A stretch of DNA of 56,751 nucleotides from Rhodanobacter sp. (GCA_044463365.1 JBIQMK010000002.1:1-56751); one strand, 5' to 3'; shown: positions 8,533 to 18,896, counted from the stretch's first letter. The notes: generated by a model from the letters alone, not told the origin. A program made the numbers and translations.

Positions 8533-11500
8533 ATGCTGAACAGAGAGTCCGGCAGCGTGCGTCGTCGCATGGCCCGCATCCTCGTGATGGCCGCGCTGAG
8601 CATCGCCGTGCTGCCTCTGTCCGCGACGACTTACGGCCCCTGGAACGCCCGGGTGCTGCAAGGGGGCATCGGGCTGGACACGCCGATGCCGGAACAGGCT
8701 TCCGCACTCGGCGCCGGCGCGGATTGGAGCGCCTATGCCTGGGTGTATCCGAGCCAGGCGTCGCAGGCCAGACAGTTGCTGGCCGGTTTCGGCGATACCG
8801 CCGGCGCGGCGCGGTATTTCCTGATCGATCGCGGCCGGCTGGGCTTCTGGTGGGGAGCTTCGGCGACCACCTCGTCGCGGGCCGCCGTGAGTGCCGGGCA
8901 GTGGCATTTCATCGCGGCCGTTTCCGACGGCGGCGGATTTTCGCTGTACCTGGACGGCAAACGGGTGGCGTCCGCCGCGGCTCCGCAGGTCGCGGTGGCC
9001 GCGAAGATGGCCATCGCGCCCGTCGCGCCGTGGCCCGGTGCGGACCACTTCGGCGGCAAGGTGGCGGGCTTCACCGTGCAGGATGGCGCCCTCGACAGCC
9101 GGCAACTGGCGGCCATGGCGAAGCGGCCGCCCGATCCGCAACTGACCCGGTTCGCCGACGCCTCGCCGCACTGGCCGGTGCAGGTGAAGCAGATGGCCGG
9201 ACAGGTGGTGCCGCAGCCGCCGGCGACCTTGCCGGTCAGTCGCGCGCCATTTTCCGCACCCACCGAAAAAGCGTTGGGCGACCGCACGGCCTTGAAACCT
9301 GACGGCGTTCGACAGTGGGAACTGGGGCGGTGGCAGCTCGCTTCCGCCACGGAACTCGATGACGCAGAAGGCGCCGCCATTTCGTTGCCGGCTTACGCGA
9401 CCGGCAAGCCATGGATGAAGGCGACGGTGCCGGGCACCGTGCTGACCACGCTGATCGACCGCGGCGTCTATCCCGATCCGTCGTATGGCCTGAACAACAT
9501 GGCTATCCCCGAGTCGCTGCACCAGCACGACTGGTGGTATCGCACCACGCTTACCCTGCCGGCGGAACTTGCCGGCCAGCCGTTGCGGCTCACGTTCGAC
9601 GGCATCAACTACGCCGCCGAGGTGTGGGTCAACGGGCAACGCGCGGGGCAGGTCGTGGGTGCTTTCATCCGCGGGCAGTTCGACGTCACCGATTTGCTGA
9701 AGCCCGGTCAGGACAACGCGATCGCGGTGCGTGTCTCGCCGCCGCCGAATCCCGGCGTGCCGCACGAGCAATCGATCGTCGCCGGCGCCGGCCCCAACGG
9801 CGGCATGGAGGCGCTGGACGGCCCCACCTTCATCGCCAACGAGGGCTGGGACTGGATCCCGGCCATCCGCGATCGCGACACCGGCCTGTGGCAGAAGGTG
9901 GTGCTGAGCGCGGCCGGCCCGGTGCGCATCGGCGACACCCACGTCGTGACCCGCCTGCCGGATGCCGACCATCACCAGGCGGACATCGACGTCGACGTGC
10001 CGCTGGAAAATGCCGGTGCCACGCCCATCCAGGGCCAGCTGCATATCGCGTTTGGCGACGTCGCCGTGGACAAGACGGTAACCGTGCCGCCCGGTGGCAC
10101 CACGGTCAAGCTGCGCCCGGCCGAATTCCCGGCGCTGCGGGTGCAGCACCCGCTGCTGTGGTGGCCGAACGGTTACGGCGAGCCGTACCTGTACGACATG
10201 AAGGTCAGTTTCGCGACGGACGGAAGGACGTCCGATCAATCGCAGTTCCAGTTCGGCATCCGCCAGATCAGCTACGAGCTTTCGCTGTTCGACGCGCAGG
10301 GGAGTCTGCGCCGCGTGCTGGTGACGCCGGACATGACGCGCGCGCCCGGCGAGCGCCTGGTCGACGTCACCCACAACGGCATCCGCGAAACGCCGGACGC
10401 ATGGGCCTACTCCCTGCTGCCTGCGGCGGAACACTCGCCGGCAGTGACCGAGCTGACCGACAAACGGCTGGCGCCGTATCTGATCCTGCGCGTCAACGGC
10501 GTGCGCATCGCGGTGAAGGGCGGCAGCTGGGGCACCGACGATTTCCTCAAGCGCATCTCGCGCGAGCGGCTGGAGCCGTACTTCAAGCTGCAACGCGACG
10601 CCCACATCAACGTGGTGCGCAACTGGGTGGGGCAGAGCACCGAGCCGGTGTTCTACGAGCTGGCCGACAAATACGGCCTGCTGGTGTTCAACGATTTCTG
10701 GCAGTCCACCCAGGATTACAACCTGGAGCCGCAGGATGATGCACTGTTCCTGCGCAACGCCGCCGACACCATCAAGCGCTACCGCAACCACCCCAGCGTG
10801 GCGCTGTGGTTTGGTCGCAACGAGGGCGTGCCGCAGCCATTGTTGAACCAGCGGCTGGACAAGTTGATCGCGGGCCTCGACGGCACCCGGCTGTACATGC
10901 CCAGCTCAAACCGCATCAACCTGTGGAACAGCGGCCCCTACAGCTACCAGCCGCCCGCGTCGTACTTCACCACGCTGGCCAAGGGTTTCGCGGTCGAGGT
11001 GGGTACGCCGTCATTCCCCACGCTGGAAGCGTTCGAGGCGATGATGCCCAAGGCCGACCAGTGGCCGATCAGCGACAGCTGGGCATACCACGACTGGCAC
11101 CAGTCCGGTAACGGCGACGTCGGCAGCTTCATGGCCGCCATGCGCACGGCGTTCGGCGAGGCCACCAGCCTGGCGGACTTCGAGCGCAAGGCGCAGCTGA
11201 TGAACTACGTCAGCTATCGCGCGATCTTCGAAGGCCTGAACGCGGGCCTGTGGACGCAGAACAGCGGCCGGCTGTTGTGGATGAGCCACCCGGCGTGGCC
11301 CAGCACCACCTGGCAGATCTACAGCAGCGATTACGACACCCAGGCGTCGTACTACGGCGTCAAGGAGGCGTCCGAGCCGGTGCACGTGCAGATGAACCTG
11401 CCCGATTATCGCCTCGTGGTGGTCAACAACACCGCTGAAGCGCTGCATGGCCTGACCGTCTCCGCGCACGTCTTTGCGCCCGATGGCAGTGCCCACCGCG

Positions 11501-12039
11501 AACTGGCCACCGGCACCGCCACGTTGGATGCCCCGGCCGTCGCGGTCACGCCGGTGACTATGGCAACGGCCGACATCGGCCGCCTGTCGGGCGAGCACGG
11601 CCTGGTGTTCGTGCAGCTGCAACTGAGCGATGCCGACGGCAAGCTGGTGTCGCGCAATTTCTACTGGGTGGCGCACGAGCCGGCCGACCTGCGAAAACTT
11701 GGCGATCTGCCCGAGGTGAACCTGGACATGCGTGCACGACGCGACGCCAACGGCAGCATCCGCGTTTCCCTGCGCAATCCCTCCATGCATGCCGCGCTCA
11801 GCACCAAGCTGACCGTGGTCGATGCGCACGGGCAGCGTGTGCTGCCGGCGTACTACAGCGGCAACTACCTCAACCTCGCGCCCGGCGAGACGCGCGACAT
11901 CACCATAACGGGCGATACCGCCACCGCGCTGGACGGTGCGGCGAACGTCGAGGTGCGCGGATGGAATGTGCGCCCTCGGGCAGTGCCGTTCGGCGTTCCG
12001 GACCCGGTGCCAACCGCACCGCCAACCAGCGACCGCTGA
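8533..12039 (+). CDS. GH2 beta-mannosidase-like glycoside hydrolase with N-terminal LamG/ConA-like domain
   Basis: RBS ggagg; signal peptide; LamG-like GQWHFIAAV..LYLDG; ATVPGTVLTTL, FDGINY, GWDWIP, LWWPNGYG, RNHPSVALWFGRNE, EVGTPSFP. Confidence 0.87.
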   Translation: MLNRESGSVRRRMARILVMAALSIAVLPLSATTYGPWNARVLQGGIGLDTPMPEQASALGAGADWSAYAWVYPSQASQARQLLAGFGDTAGAARYFLIDRGRLGFWWGASATTSSRAAVSAGQWHFIAAVSDGGGFSLYLDGKRVASAAAPQVAVAAKMAIAPVAPWPGADHFGGKVAGFTVQDGALDSRQLAAMAKRPPDPQLTRFADASPHWPVQVKQMAGQVVPQPPATLPVSRAPFSAPTEKALGDRTALKPDGVRQWELGRWQLASATELDDAEGAAISLPAYATGKPWMKATVPGTVLTTLIDRGVYPDPSYGLNNMAIPESLHQHDWWYRTTLTLPAELAGQPLRLTFDGINYAAEVWVNGQRAGQVVGAFIRGQFDVTDLLKPGQDNAIAVRVSPPPNPGVPHEQSIVAGAGPNGGMEALDGPTFIANEGWDWIPAIRDRDTGLWQKVVLSAAGPVRIGDTHVVTRLPDADHHQADIDVDVPLENAGATPIQGQLHIAFGDVAVDKTVTVPPGGTTVKLRPAEFPALRVQHPLLWWPNGYGEPYLYDMKVSFATDGRTSDQSQFQFGIRQISYELSLFDAQGSLRRVLVTPDMTRAPGERLVDVTHNGIRETPDAWAYSLLPAAEHSPAVTELTDKRLAPYLILRVNGVRIAVKGGSWGTDDFLKRISRERLEPYFKLQRDAHINVVRNWVGQSTEPVFYELADKYGLLVFNDFWQSTQDYNLEPQDDALFLRNAADTIKRYRNHPSVALWFGRNEGVPQPLLNQRLDKLIAGLDGTRLYMPSSNRINLWNSGPYSYQPPASYFTTLAKGFAVEVGTPSFPTLEAFEAMMPKADQWPISDSWAYHDWHQSGNGDVGSFMAAMRTAFGEATSLADFERKAQLMNYVSYRAIFEGLNAGLWTQNSGRLLWMSHPAWPSTTWQIYSSDYDTQASYYGVKEASEPVHVQMNLPDYRLVVVNNTAEALHGLTVSAHVFAPDGSAHRELATGTATLDAPAVAVTPVTMATADIGRLSGEHGLVFVQLQLSDADGKLVSRNFYWVAHEPADLRKLGDLPEVNLDMRARRDANGSIRVSLRNPSMHAALSTKLTVVDAHGQRVLPAYYSGNYLNLAPGETRDITITGDTATALDGAANVEVRGWNVRPRAVPFGVPDPVPTAPPTSDR

Positions 12040-12049
12040 AACGAGGGAT

Positions 12050-12074
12050 CGTTGCCGCCCGTCGGGCGGCAACG
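12050..12074 (+). terminator. Hairpin downstream of GH2
   Basis: Perfect 11-bp stem cgttgccgccc-gtc-gggcggcaacg. Confidence 0.45.
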
Positions 12075-12135
12075 TGGTGCAAGGGCAATCGATCTCCAAC
12101 GCAGCATCGGCAGGGGGAGACTGGCGGCTCGGCTA

Positions 12136-12147
12136 GGTAGCGTTACC
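12136..12147 (+). promoter_or_regulatory. Second copy of the LacI-type operator
   Basis: GGTAGCGTTACC, 11/12 identical to the 8390 palindrome, 53 bp upstream of the TBDR start. Confidence 0.65.
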
Positions 12148-12200
12148 AGAAGAACAAGGTCAAACAACGAAGGTGCGGATCAAACCACGGAGGAGAAGGC

Positions 12201-15200
12201 ATGAGTCGTTTCAATTACGGTAATTTTCAGATGAAGCCCCTGGTAGTGGCGGTTGCCACCAGTCTGGCGATTGGATGCTCCGCTGCGGCATGGGCAGCGC
12301 CCGCCAGCGGTGCCGCGCCGTCGGCCACGCCGGAACAGTCCACGCCTGCCACCGGGCAGGACCAAGGCGCCCAGGACACTGCGGATGGCAAGAGCACGGC
12401 GGACCAGCGCGGGGCGACACGCCTGCAGGCCGTCGTGGTCAGCGCCGGCATCCGTGCATCGGAGCAGCGCTCGGTGGAACTGAAGCGCAACGCCACGTCG
12501 ATCCAGGACAGCATTTCCGCCGTGGACATCGGCAAGCTGCCCGACGTGACGATCGCCGACTCGCTGCAGCGCATCACCGGCGTGCAGATCAACCGCTCCG
12601 GCGGCGAGGGCAGCTCGGTCAACGTGCGTGGCCTGCCGCAGGTGGGCACCACCTTGAACGGCGAATCGTTCCTCACCGCCGGCTCCATCGTGTCGGTGCA
12701 ACCCAACTTCACCGACATTCCCTCGCAGCTGTTTTCCGGTGCCGACGTGATCAAGTCGCCCACCGCCAGCCTGCTGAGCAGCGGCATCACCGGCACGATC
12801 AACCTGCGCACGCGCCGCCCGTGGGATCTGGAATCGGGCTGGACGTTCGCCGGCGCCGCGGACGGTTCGCACGGCTCCAAGGTGGACAAGTGGAACCCGG
12901 AGGCCAACGGCCTGATCGGCTTCAACGACGAGGGCAGGTGGGGCGTGCTGGTTTCGGCCGCCTACTCCGACGACACGCTGGAGAACTCCACCGACGGCAT
13001 GGACCAGTACGGCGGCAAGTTCTACGGCGAGAACGCCGCCAGCGCCACCGACGGCAGCGGTTTCCTCGGCGGCTTCAACACCGCACCGATTCCCTCGGCC
13101 ATCCATCAGCTCGGTGGCGGCAATGTGGACGTGAACGGCAACGGCAACGCTGGCGATGCGTTCTACGGCAGCCAGAATTTCACCGCCATCGACCGCCAGC
13201 TCGAGCGCAAGCGCTTGGGCATCAACGCCTCGGCGCAGGCCGACCTGGGCGCGGGTTTCACCCTCACCAGCGATGCGTTCTTCACCCGCCAGAAGCAGTT
13301 CAACCGGCAGACCGGCTACCAGCTCAACTCGGCCAGCTGGATGGGCGGCACCTTCGTGCCCGTGGTATCGCGCGATACCGGCAAGACGATCCAGGGCGCG
13401 TACAACGGCGACGAGGGTTGGAACCAGCGGCTGTACACCACGCAGGTGTACCAGAAGTGGCTGGGCGACCTGGAGACCTACGCCGAGAACGACGTCACCA
13501 ACACCATCTCGCGCAACTTCAACCTGCAGCTGGACTACGACAACGGCGGCAATTTCACCGGCAGCGTTCGCGGCATCACGGCCAGCGCGCATGAAACGCT
13601 GATGCAGAGCTACGTGCAGTTCGCCGACGCCGATGGCACGGCGTGGCCCAACGATCCGGTCGATGCGGCGCCGCCGGGCACCTTCATCTATCCGGGCGGC
13701 AACCGGGTGTTCAACCCGAACGGCTTTGCGCCCAACGTGGTGCCGGTCACCGTCGACATGCGCGGCGACCATCTGGCCATCACGCTGCCGCAGGCCTTGC
13801 AGACTTTCCTCTCCGACCCGAACAACTACGCGTTGAAGACGGTATCCAGCGAAGGCAACCACGAGCGCGAAAGCAGCATGAACATCCTGCGCGCCGATGG
13901 CCACTATCGCTTCGACGACTCCGGCTTCAAGCTCGACTTCGGCATCCGCAGCAGCATCCGTTCGGCATCGAACATCAACTTCAACATGGTCGCGCCGGTG
14001 TATGCCGGCAACGGTGCCAGCGATCCGAATGGTTGCCTGGTGCGCTGGAAGGCCGCCGACGTGGTGCTGAATGGCGGCGGCATCGACGGCGCCTGCACGG
14101 CGGGCAACGCGCAGGGCTTCTACCGCGCCGGCGTCATTTCCGCGCAGAACCCCAGCCAGCTGCCCGGCATCATTGGCAACAACATGCGGCACGACAACAG
14201 CCTGGCCGGTGTCAGCGGCGTGAGCATCTACAACCTCGACCCCAAGGCGATGGACAACCCGCTCGCCTTCCAGGAAGCGCTGTATCCGGGTGAGCAGCGC
14301 AACGTCGATCCGGGTGGCACCTGGGCCGTGCGCCTGAAGGAGCGCACCGCCTACCTGCAGGCCGGTTTCGACAGCGACGGCGAAGTGCCGATCAGCGGCA
14401 ACCTGGGCCTGCGCATGGTGCGCACCACGCTGGATGTCACCCAGCACGCGGTGGGTGACGCCGCGCCGTACGGCCTGCTGGCCGCGGACAACGGCACCAT
14501 CCGCAGCTCGCGTACCTACACCGACTACCTGCCGGCGCTGAACCTGGCATTCGACTTCACCCCGGAGCTCAAGCTGCGCCTGGCGTACTCGAAAAACATG
14601 ATGCCGCTGAACCTCGACCAGTGGGGCGGTGGCCTGACCCTCAACTACGGCATCGACACCTCCACGCCCGGCTCCACGCTGTTCCGCGTGCTGGGCGGCA
14701 ACTCCTCGGGCAACCCCAACCTCGATCCGTGGCGCTCGTCCAACTACGACGCCTCGCTCGAGTACTACATGAGCCCGTCGACGATGGTCAGCGTGGCCGC
14801 GTTCTACATCGACGTGGACAGCTTCATCAACAACGGAAGCGTGCAGAACTGCGCCTTGCCCGACCAGGATGGCGTGGTGCGCAACCATTGCGTGTCGATC
14901 AACGGGCCGGTGCAGGGCGGCGGCAACTGGCTGCACGGCTTCGAGTTCGGCCTGAAGCAGGACTTCAAGTTCCTGCCCGGCATCTGGTCGAACTTCGGCG
15001 TCGGCGCCAACTTCACCTTCTCGCCCAGCAACACGGGCACCGACCTGGCCGGCAACGACATCCCGTTCCAGGACAACTCCAAGAAGCAGGCCAACCTGGT
15101 CGTCTGGTATCAGGACGACAGGTTCGAGGCACGTGTTGCGGGCAACTACCGCTCGAAGCGGGCCGTGTCGCAGAACTTCGGCGGCATCCAGGGCATGGAG

Positions 15201-15392
15201 ATGTACCAGGAGCCCACGTTCTACGTCGACGCCTCGGTCAGCTACAAGGTGACGCCGAACCTCGAGGTGTACGCGCAGGGCTCCAACCTCACCAACGAGC
15301 ACGAGCGCTACTACCTGGTGTGGCCCGACCAGGTGGCCAACACGACGCAGTTCGAGCGTCGCGTGATGCTGGGTGTGCGCGCCCACTTCTGA
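12201..15392 (+). CDS. TonB-dependent receptor (glycan-uptake type)
   Basis: RBS ggaggag; signal peptide; TonB box VVVSAGIRAS; plug DSISAVDIGKLPD..IADSLQRITGVQI; GNPNLDPW; C-terminal Phe (GVRAHF). Confidence 0.95.
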   Translation: MSRFNYGNFQMKPLVVAVATSLAIGCSAAAWAAPASGAAPSATPEQSTPATGQDQGAQDTADGKSTADQRGATRLQAVVVSAGIRASEQRSVELKRNATSIQDSISAVDIGKLPDVTIADSLQRITGVQINRSGGEGSSVNVRGLPQVGTTLNGESFLTAGSIVSVQPNFTDIPSQLFSGADVIKSPTASLLSSGITGTINLRTRRPWDLESGWTFAGAADGSHGSKVDKWNPEANGLIGFNDEGRWGVLVSAAYSDDTLENSTDGMDQYGGKFYGENAASATDGSGFLGGFNTAPIPSAIHQLGGGNVDVNGNGNAGDAFYGSQNFTAIDRQLERKRLGINASAQADLGAGFTLTSDAFFTRQKQFNRQTGYQLNSASWMGGTFVPVVSRDTGKTIQGAYNGDEGWNQRLYTTQVYQKWLGDLETYAENDVTNTISRNFNLQLDYDNGGNFTGSVRGITASAHETLMQSYVQFADADGTAWPNDPVDAAPPGTFIYPGGNRVFNPNGFAPNVVPVTVDMRGDHLAITLPQALQTFLSDPNNYALKTVSSEGNHERESSMNILRADGHYRFDDSGFKLDFGIRSSIRSASNINFNMVAPVYAGNGASDPNGCLVRWKAADVVLNGGGIDGACTAGNAQGFYRAGVISAQNPSQLPGIIGNNMRHDNSLAGVSGVSIYNLDPKAMDNPLAFQEALYPGEQRNVDPGGTWAVRLKERTAYLQAGFDSDGEVPISGNLGLRMVRTTLDVTQHAVGDAAPYGLLAADNGTIRSSRTYTDYLPALNLAFDFTPELKLRLAYSKNMMPLNLDQWGGGLTLNYGIDTSTPGSTLFRVLGGNSSGNPNLDPWRSSNYDASLEYYMSPSTMVSVAAFYIDVDSFINNGSVQNCALPDQDGVVRNHCVSINGPVQGGGNWLHGFEFGLKQDFKFLPGIWSNFGVGANFTFSPSNTGTDLAGNDIPFQDNSKKQANLVVWYQDDRFEARVAGNYRSKRAVSQNFGGIQGMEMYQEPTFYVDASVSYKVTPNLEVYAQGSNLTNEHERYYLVWPDQVANTTQFERRVMLGVRAHF

Positions 15393-15408
15393 ACGAAGTG
15401 AGGCTGTT

Positions 15409-15443
15409 GCGCCGGGGAGTCGCCACCAACGGCTTCCCGGCGC
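15409..15443 (+). terminator. Hairpin after TBDR
   Basis: gcgccggggagtcg ... cggcttcccggcgc imperfect stem. Confidence 0.35.
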
Positions 15444-15633
15444 CGCCACACGGATGGAAGGATGGCGCGGATGCGTATTCGTCGCGCTTTCCCATCGTCC
15501 CGAACGCCGAGAAGTGGCGTACTACACTCGGTCGACATTGGCCACAGGTTCGATCATCCCCGAGCGCGAGCGGCACAGCCGGCGGAATCCGAGCGTCGAG
15601 AGCCGACCATCACTAACCCACGGTGAGAGCGCC

Positions 15634-17991
15634 ATGTCTTCAACCCGAATTCTCATCCGCAGCCATTGGTGCCGGTTCGCCATCGGCCTGCTGACCCTGT
15701 CCTGCCTGTCGGGCGCGTACGCCGCGCCGGCTGAAGGGGTGGATGCCTGGTCGTCGGTCGATCCGCGTATCGGCACCGGCGGCGACGGCCACACGTTTCC
15801 CGGCGCCACGGTGCCTTTCGGCATGATCCAGCTGAGCCCGGACACGGCGATGCCGGATTTCAAGCATGCGTACAAATGGGCCGCCGGTTACCAGTACGGC
15901 GACAGCAGCATCATGGGCTTCTCGCATACGCATTTTTCCGGCTCCGGCCATTCGGATATGGGCGACGTGTTGCTGATGCCGATTGCCGGTGAGGTGCGGC
16001 TGGAGCCGGGCGATCCGGCCAGGCCGGGCAGCGGCTATCGCTCGCGCTACTCGCACGACAGCGAGGTGGCGCAGGCCGGTTATTACGCGGTGACGCTGAG
16101 CGATTACGGCGTGCGCGCCGAACTCACCGCGGGGCGCCGGGTCGGCTGGCATCGCTACACTTTCCCGGCGGGCAAGCCGGCGCATGTGCTGCTGGACCTG
16201 CGCCCGAGCATCTACGACTACGCCGGCAAGGTGCTATGGGCCAGAGCGCGCGTGCACGACGACGGCACGGTCACCGGTTGCCGCACCACGCGCGGCTGGG
16301 CACCCGGAAGGGAACTGTGCTTTGCGATGCGTTTCTCGCAGCCGATGACCTCGCGCCGCTTGCTCAACCGCGAAACCGATGTCGTCTACAAGGGCTTCAA
16401 GGGGCCGGGCAACCAGCCCGTGGACAACGATGCGCAGAACGGCCGCGCGCTGGTCGGCGTGTTCGATTTCGGCGCGTTGAAGAAGCCGCTGGAGGTGAAG
16501 GTGGCGATCTCGCCGGTGAGCGAGGCCAACGCCGTCGCCAACCTGGACAAGGATGGCACCGGTTGGGATTTCGACGCCCGCCGCGCGGAGGCGAAAGCCG
16601 CCTGGGCCAAGGCGCTGGCCGTGGTCGACATCGATGCGCCGAAGACGGCCCGGACGCAGTTCTACACCGCGCTGTACCACGCGATGCTGTCGCCGACGCT
16701 GAGCATGGACGTCAATGGCGATTACCGCGGGCCGGATCATGCGGTGCACCGGGCCAAAGGCTTCGAGTTCTATTCCACCTGGTCGCTGTGGGACGTGTAT
16801 CGCGCGCAGCAGCCGTTGATGGTGTTGCTGCATCCCGCGCGCAGCACCGATTTCATCCGCTCGCTGATCGCCGCACGCGAGGCCAGCCCGTTCGGCATCC
16901 TGCCGGTGTGGGCGTACCAGGGCCTGGAGACGTGGTGCATGATCGGCTACCACGCGGTGCCGGTGATCGCCGACGCGTACATCAAGGGCGTGCGCGGTTT
17001 CGATGCGGCCAAGGCGCTGGAGGCCATGGTGGCCAGCGCCAGCTACGGCTCCTACGGCGACCTGGCCGATTACATGAAGCTGGGCTACGTACCGATCGAC
17101 AAGGAGCCCGAAGGCGCCTCGAAGACGCTGGAATACGCCTACGACGACTGGTCGCTGGCGCAGATGGCGAAGGCGATGGGCAAGACCGATGTCGCCGCCA
17201 CGTTCGAAAAGCGCGCCGGCAACTGGAAGAACGCGTGGGACCCGCAGACCGGCTTCATGCGCGCCCGCCTCGCCGACGGCACGTTCCGCGAGCCGTTCGA
17301 TCCCACGGCGGCTGGCTACGGCAGCGATTTCACCGAGGGCAACGCCTGGCAATACTCGTGGTACGTGCCGCAGGATGTGGCCGGCCTGATCGGCGCGATG
17401 GGCGGCGATGAAAAATTCGTGGCCAAGCTCGATGCCCTGTTCGACGCCAAGGTCGACCCCGCGCACTTCAAGCACGTGGAGGACATCACCGGCCTGATCG
17501 GCTGGTACGCCCACGGCAACGAGCCCAGCCACCACATCGCCTACCTCTACGATTACGCCGGCGCGCCGTGGAAGACGCAGGCGCGGCTGAAGCAGATCAT
17601 GGCCAGCCAGTACGCGGCGCGCCCCGATGGCCTCAGCGGCAACGACGACCTGGGCCAGATGTCGGCCTGGTACGTGTTCACCGCGCTGGGGTTTTATCCG
17701 GTGGCGCCGGGTAGCGATGAATACGCGATTGGCCGCCCCTTCGTGGCGCGTGCCAGCCTGCATGTCGGCAACGGCCGCACGTTCACGGTCAGCGCCTCGC
17801 CGCTGGATGACGCCCACCCTTACGTGGGCGCAGTGACGCTCAACGGCAAACCGCTGGCGCGCACCTTCCTGCGTCACGCCGAGATTGTCGCGGGCGGCGA
17901 GTTGCACTTCACCATGCAGGCTCAGCCCGACAAGCAGTGGGGCATGGATGTTTCGGCGCGTCCCGCCGCGATGAGCGCCTACGGGCGATAA
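15634..17991 (+). CDS. GH92 alpha-mannosidase (putative alpha-1,2)
   Basis: VDPRIGTGGDGHTFPGATVPFGMIQLSPDT, GFSHTHFSGSG, SLWDVYR, CMIGYH, SKTLEYAYDD, TEGNAWQY, HGNEPSHH, GNDDLGQMSAWY. Confidence 0.95.
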   Translation: MSSTRILIRSHWCRFAIGLLTLSCLSGAYAAPAEGVDAWSSVDPRIGTGGDGHTFPGATVPFGMIQLSPDTAMPDFKHAYKWAAGYQYGDSSIMGFSHTHFSGSGHSDMGDVLLMPIAGEVRLEPGDPARPGSGYRSRYSHDSEVAQAGYYAVTLSDYGVRAELTAGRRVGWHRYTFPAGKPAHVLLDLRPSIYDYAGKVLWARARVHDDGTVTGCRTTRGWAPGRELCFAMRFSQPMTSRRLLNRETDVVYKGFKGPGNQPVDNDAQNGRALVGVFDFGALKKPLEVKVAISPVSEANAVANLDKDGTGWDFDARRAEAKAAWAKALAVVDIDAPKTARTQFYTALYHAMLSPTLSMDVNGDYRGPDHAVHRAKGFEFYSTWSLWDVYRAQQPLMVLLHPARSTDFIRSLIAAREASPFGILPVWAYQGLETWCMIGYHAVPVIADAYIKGVRGFDAAKALEAMVASASYGSYGDLADYMKLGYVPIDKEPEGASKTLEYAYDDWSLAQMAKAMGKTDVAATFEKRAGNWKNAWDPQTGFMRARLADGTFREPFDPTAAGYGSDFTEGNAWQYSWYVPQDVAGLIGAMGGDEKFVAKLDALFDAKVDPAHFKHVEDITGLIGWYAHGNEPSHHIAYLYDYAGAPWKTQARLKQIMASQYAARPDGLSGNDDLGQMSAWYVFTALGFYPVAPGSDEYAIGRPFVARASLHVGNGRTFTVSASPLDDAHPYVGAVTLNGKPLARTFLRHAEIVAGGELHFTMQAQPDKQWGMDVSARPAAMSAYGR

Positions 17992-18037
17992 GCGGCCACA
18001 CCCGGACTCCCACGCTGCGGAAAGCCTGGTTTTTTGT

Positions 18038-18119
18038 TCGTCATTCCAGCGAACGCTGGAATCCAGTGCCTTCAGGGAGACAAAGAGGCGCTGGGTCCCA
18101 GCGTTCGCTGGGATGACGA
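18038..18119. repeat. Palindromic repeat doublet (GTCATTCC..GGAATCCA family) between convergent genes
   Basis: tcgtcattccagcgaacgctggaatccag (18038-18066) and inverted copy ctgggtcccagcgttcgctgggatgacga (18091-18119); each arm is itself a hairpin. Confidence 0.85.
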
Positions 18120-18141
18120 GCAAAGGTAACCAGGCCTTCCT

Positions 18142-18684
18142 CTAGGCGCTGCCCGGCCGCGTCTTGCGTGGACGCCGCGGCCCGGGCGCGGATTGCCGGC
18201 CCTGGGCCGCGTCGATGGCGTCGATCCATCCCGCGCGCGCCGTGGGGAAGGCGTCGGCATAGGGCACGTAGGGCTTGATGTCGAGGATCGGCGTGCCGTC
18301 GAGAAGATCCATGCCGCGCACGCGCAGCCGCGTTTCCTCCACCGCCACCAGTTCCACCGCCGATAGCCCGATCGCATTGGGCCGGTGCGGCGAACGGGTG
18401 GCCAGCACGCTGCGCTTGCCGCCGCCGCGCGGCGGTTTCACTTCGGCCTTCCAGCCCTCGCTGCGATGAAACGCGAACACCAGCCAGATCCGCTCGAACC
18501 CGGCCAGGTCGCGAAACGCGGTCGTCGGGAAAGCCTCGACGAATTCGATCGAGGCCTCGGCCGCCGCCGCCGTGGCCGTGCCCGCCACCACGGTGGACTG
18601 GTGGGGCGCGTCGATGCGCTGCGTGTATGGCGACCGCGCGTAGGCGATCGCATGGCAGGGCAGAAAGTAGGGCGTATCGGGCAT
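18142..18684 (-). CDS. trmO: tRNA (t6A37)-N6-methyltransferase TrmO/TsaA
   Basis: DLAGFERIWLVFAFH, VKPPR, ATRSPHRPNAIGLS, DLLDGTPILDIKPYVPYAD; start placed at MPDTPY. Confidence 0.9.
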   Translation of the reverse strand: MPDTPYFLPCHAIAYARSPYTQRIDAPHQSTVVAGTATAAAAEASIEFVEAFPTTAFRDLAGFERIWLVFAFHRSEGWKAEVKPPRGGGKRSVLATRSPHRPNAIGLSAVELVAVEETRLRVRGMDLLDGTPILDIKPYVPYADAFPTARAGWIDAIDAAQGRQSAPGPRRPRKTRPGSA

Positions 18685-18896
18685 GGTGGCAGCGGGCGCA
18701 AGGGGAGGGCGATTATTCCACGGTCGGCGGAATGGCCGATGGTCGAGGCGTTCAGGCGCGCGGGTTGCGGAACGGGCTAATCTTGGGACCGTGAATCCGC
18801 GCAGGGTCGGCAACGCCCGCGCGGATTGACGCCGTAGTCACGTCGGGCAGGGACGCGATGTGGCATCGTGGATCGCGGCTTCGAAGGGTTCCGCGC

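Noticed and set aside
8164-15449. Very long antisense ORFs (8164-10791, 12180-15449 and similar ones throughout the window)
   Set aside because: Shadow frames of GC-rich genes; no motifs, and they lie opposite clearly identifiable CDSs.
18700-18896. Hairpin aatccgcgc..gcgcggatt upstream of the DGC as a possible c-di-GMP riboswitch
   Set aside because: Lacks the GGCAAAC/GNRA-receptor features I would expect; a single stem in GC-rich DNA. An Rfam scan would settle it.
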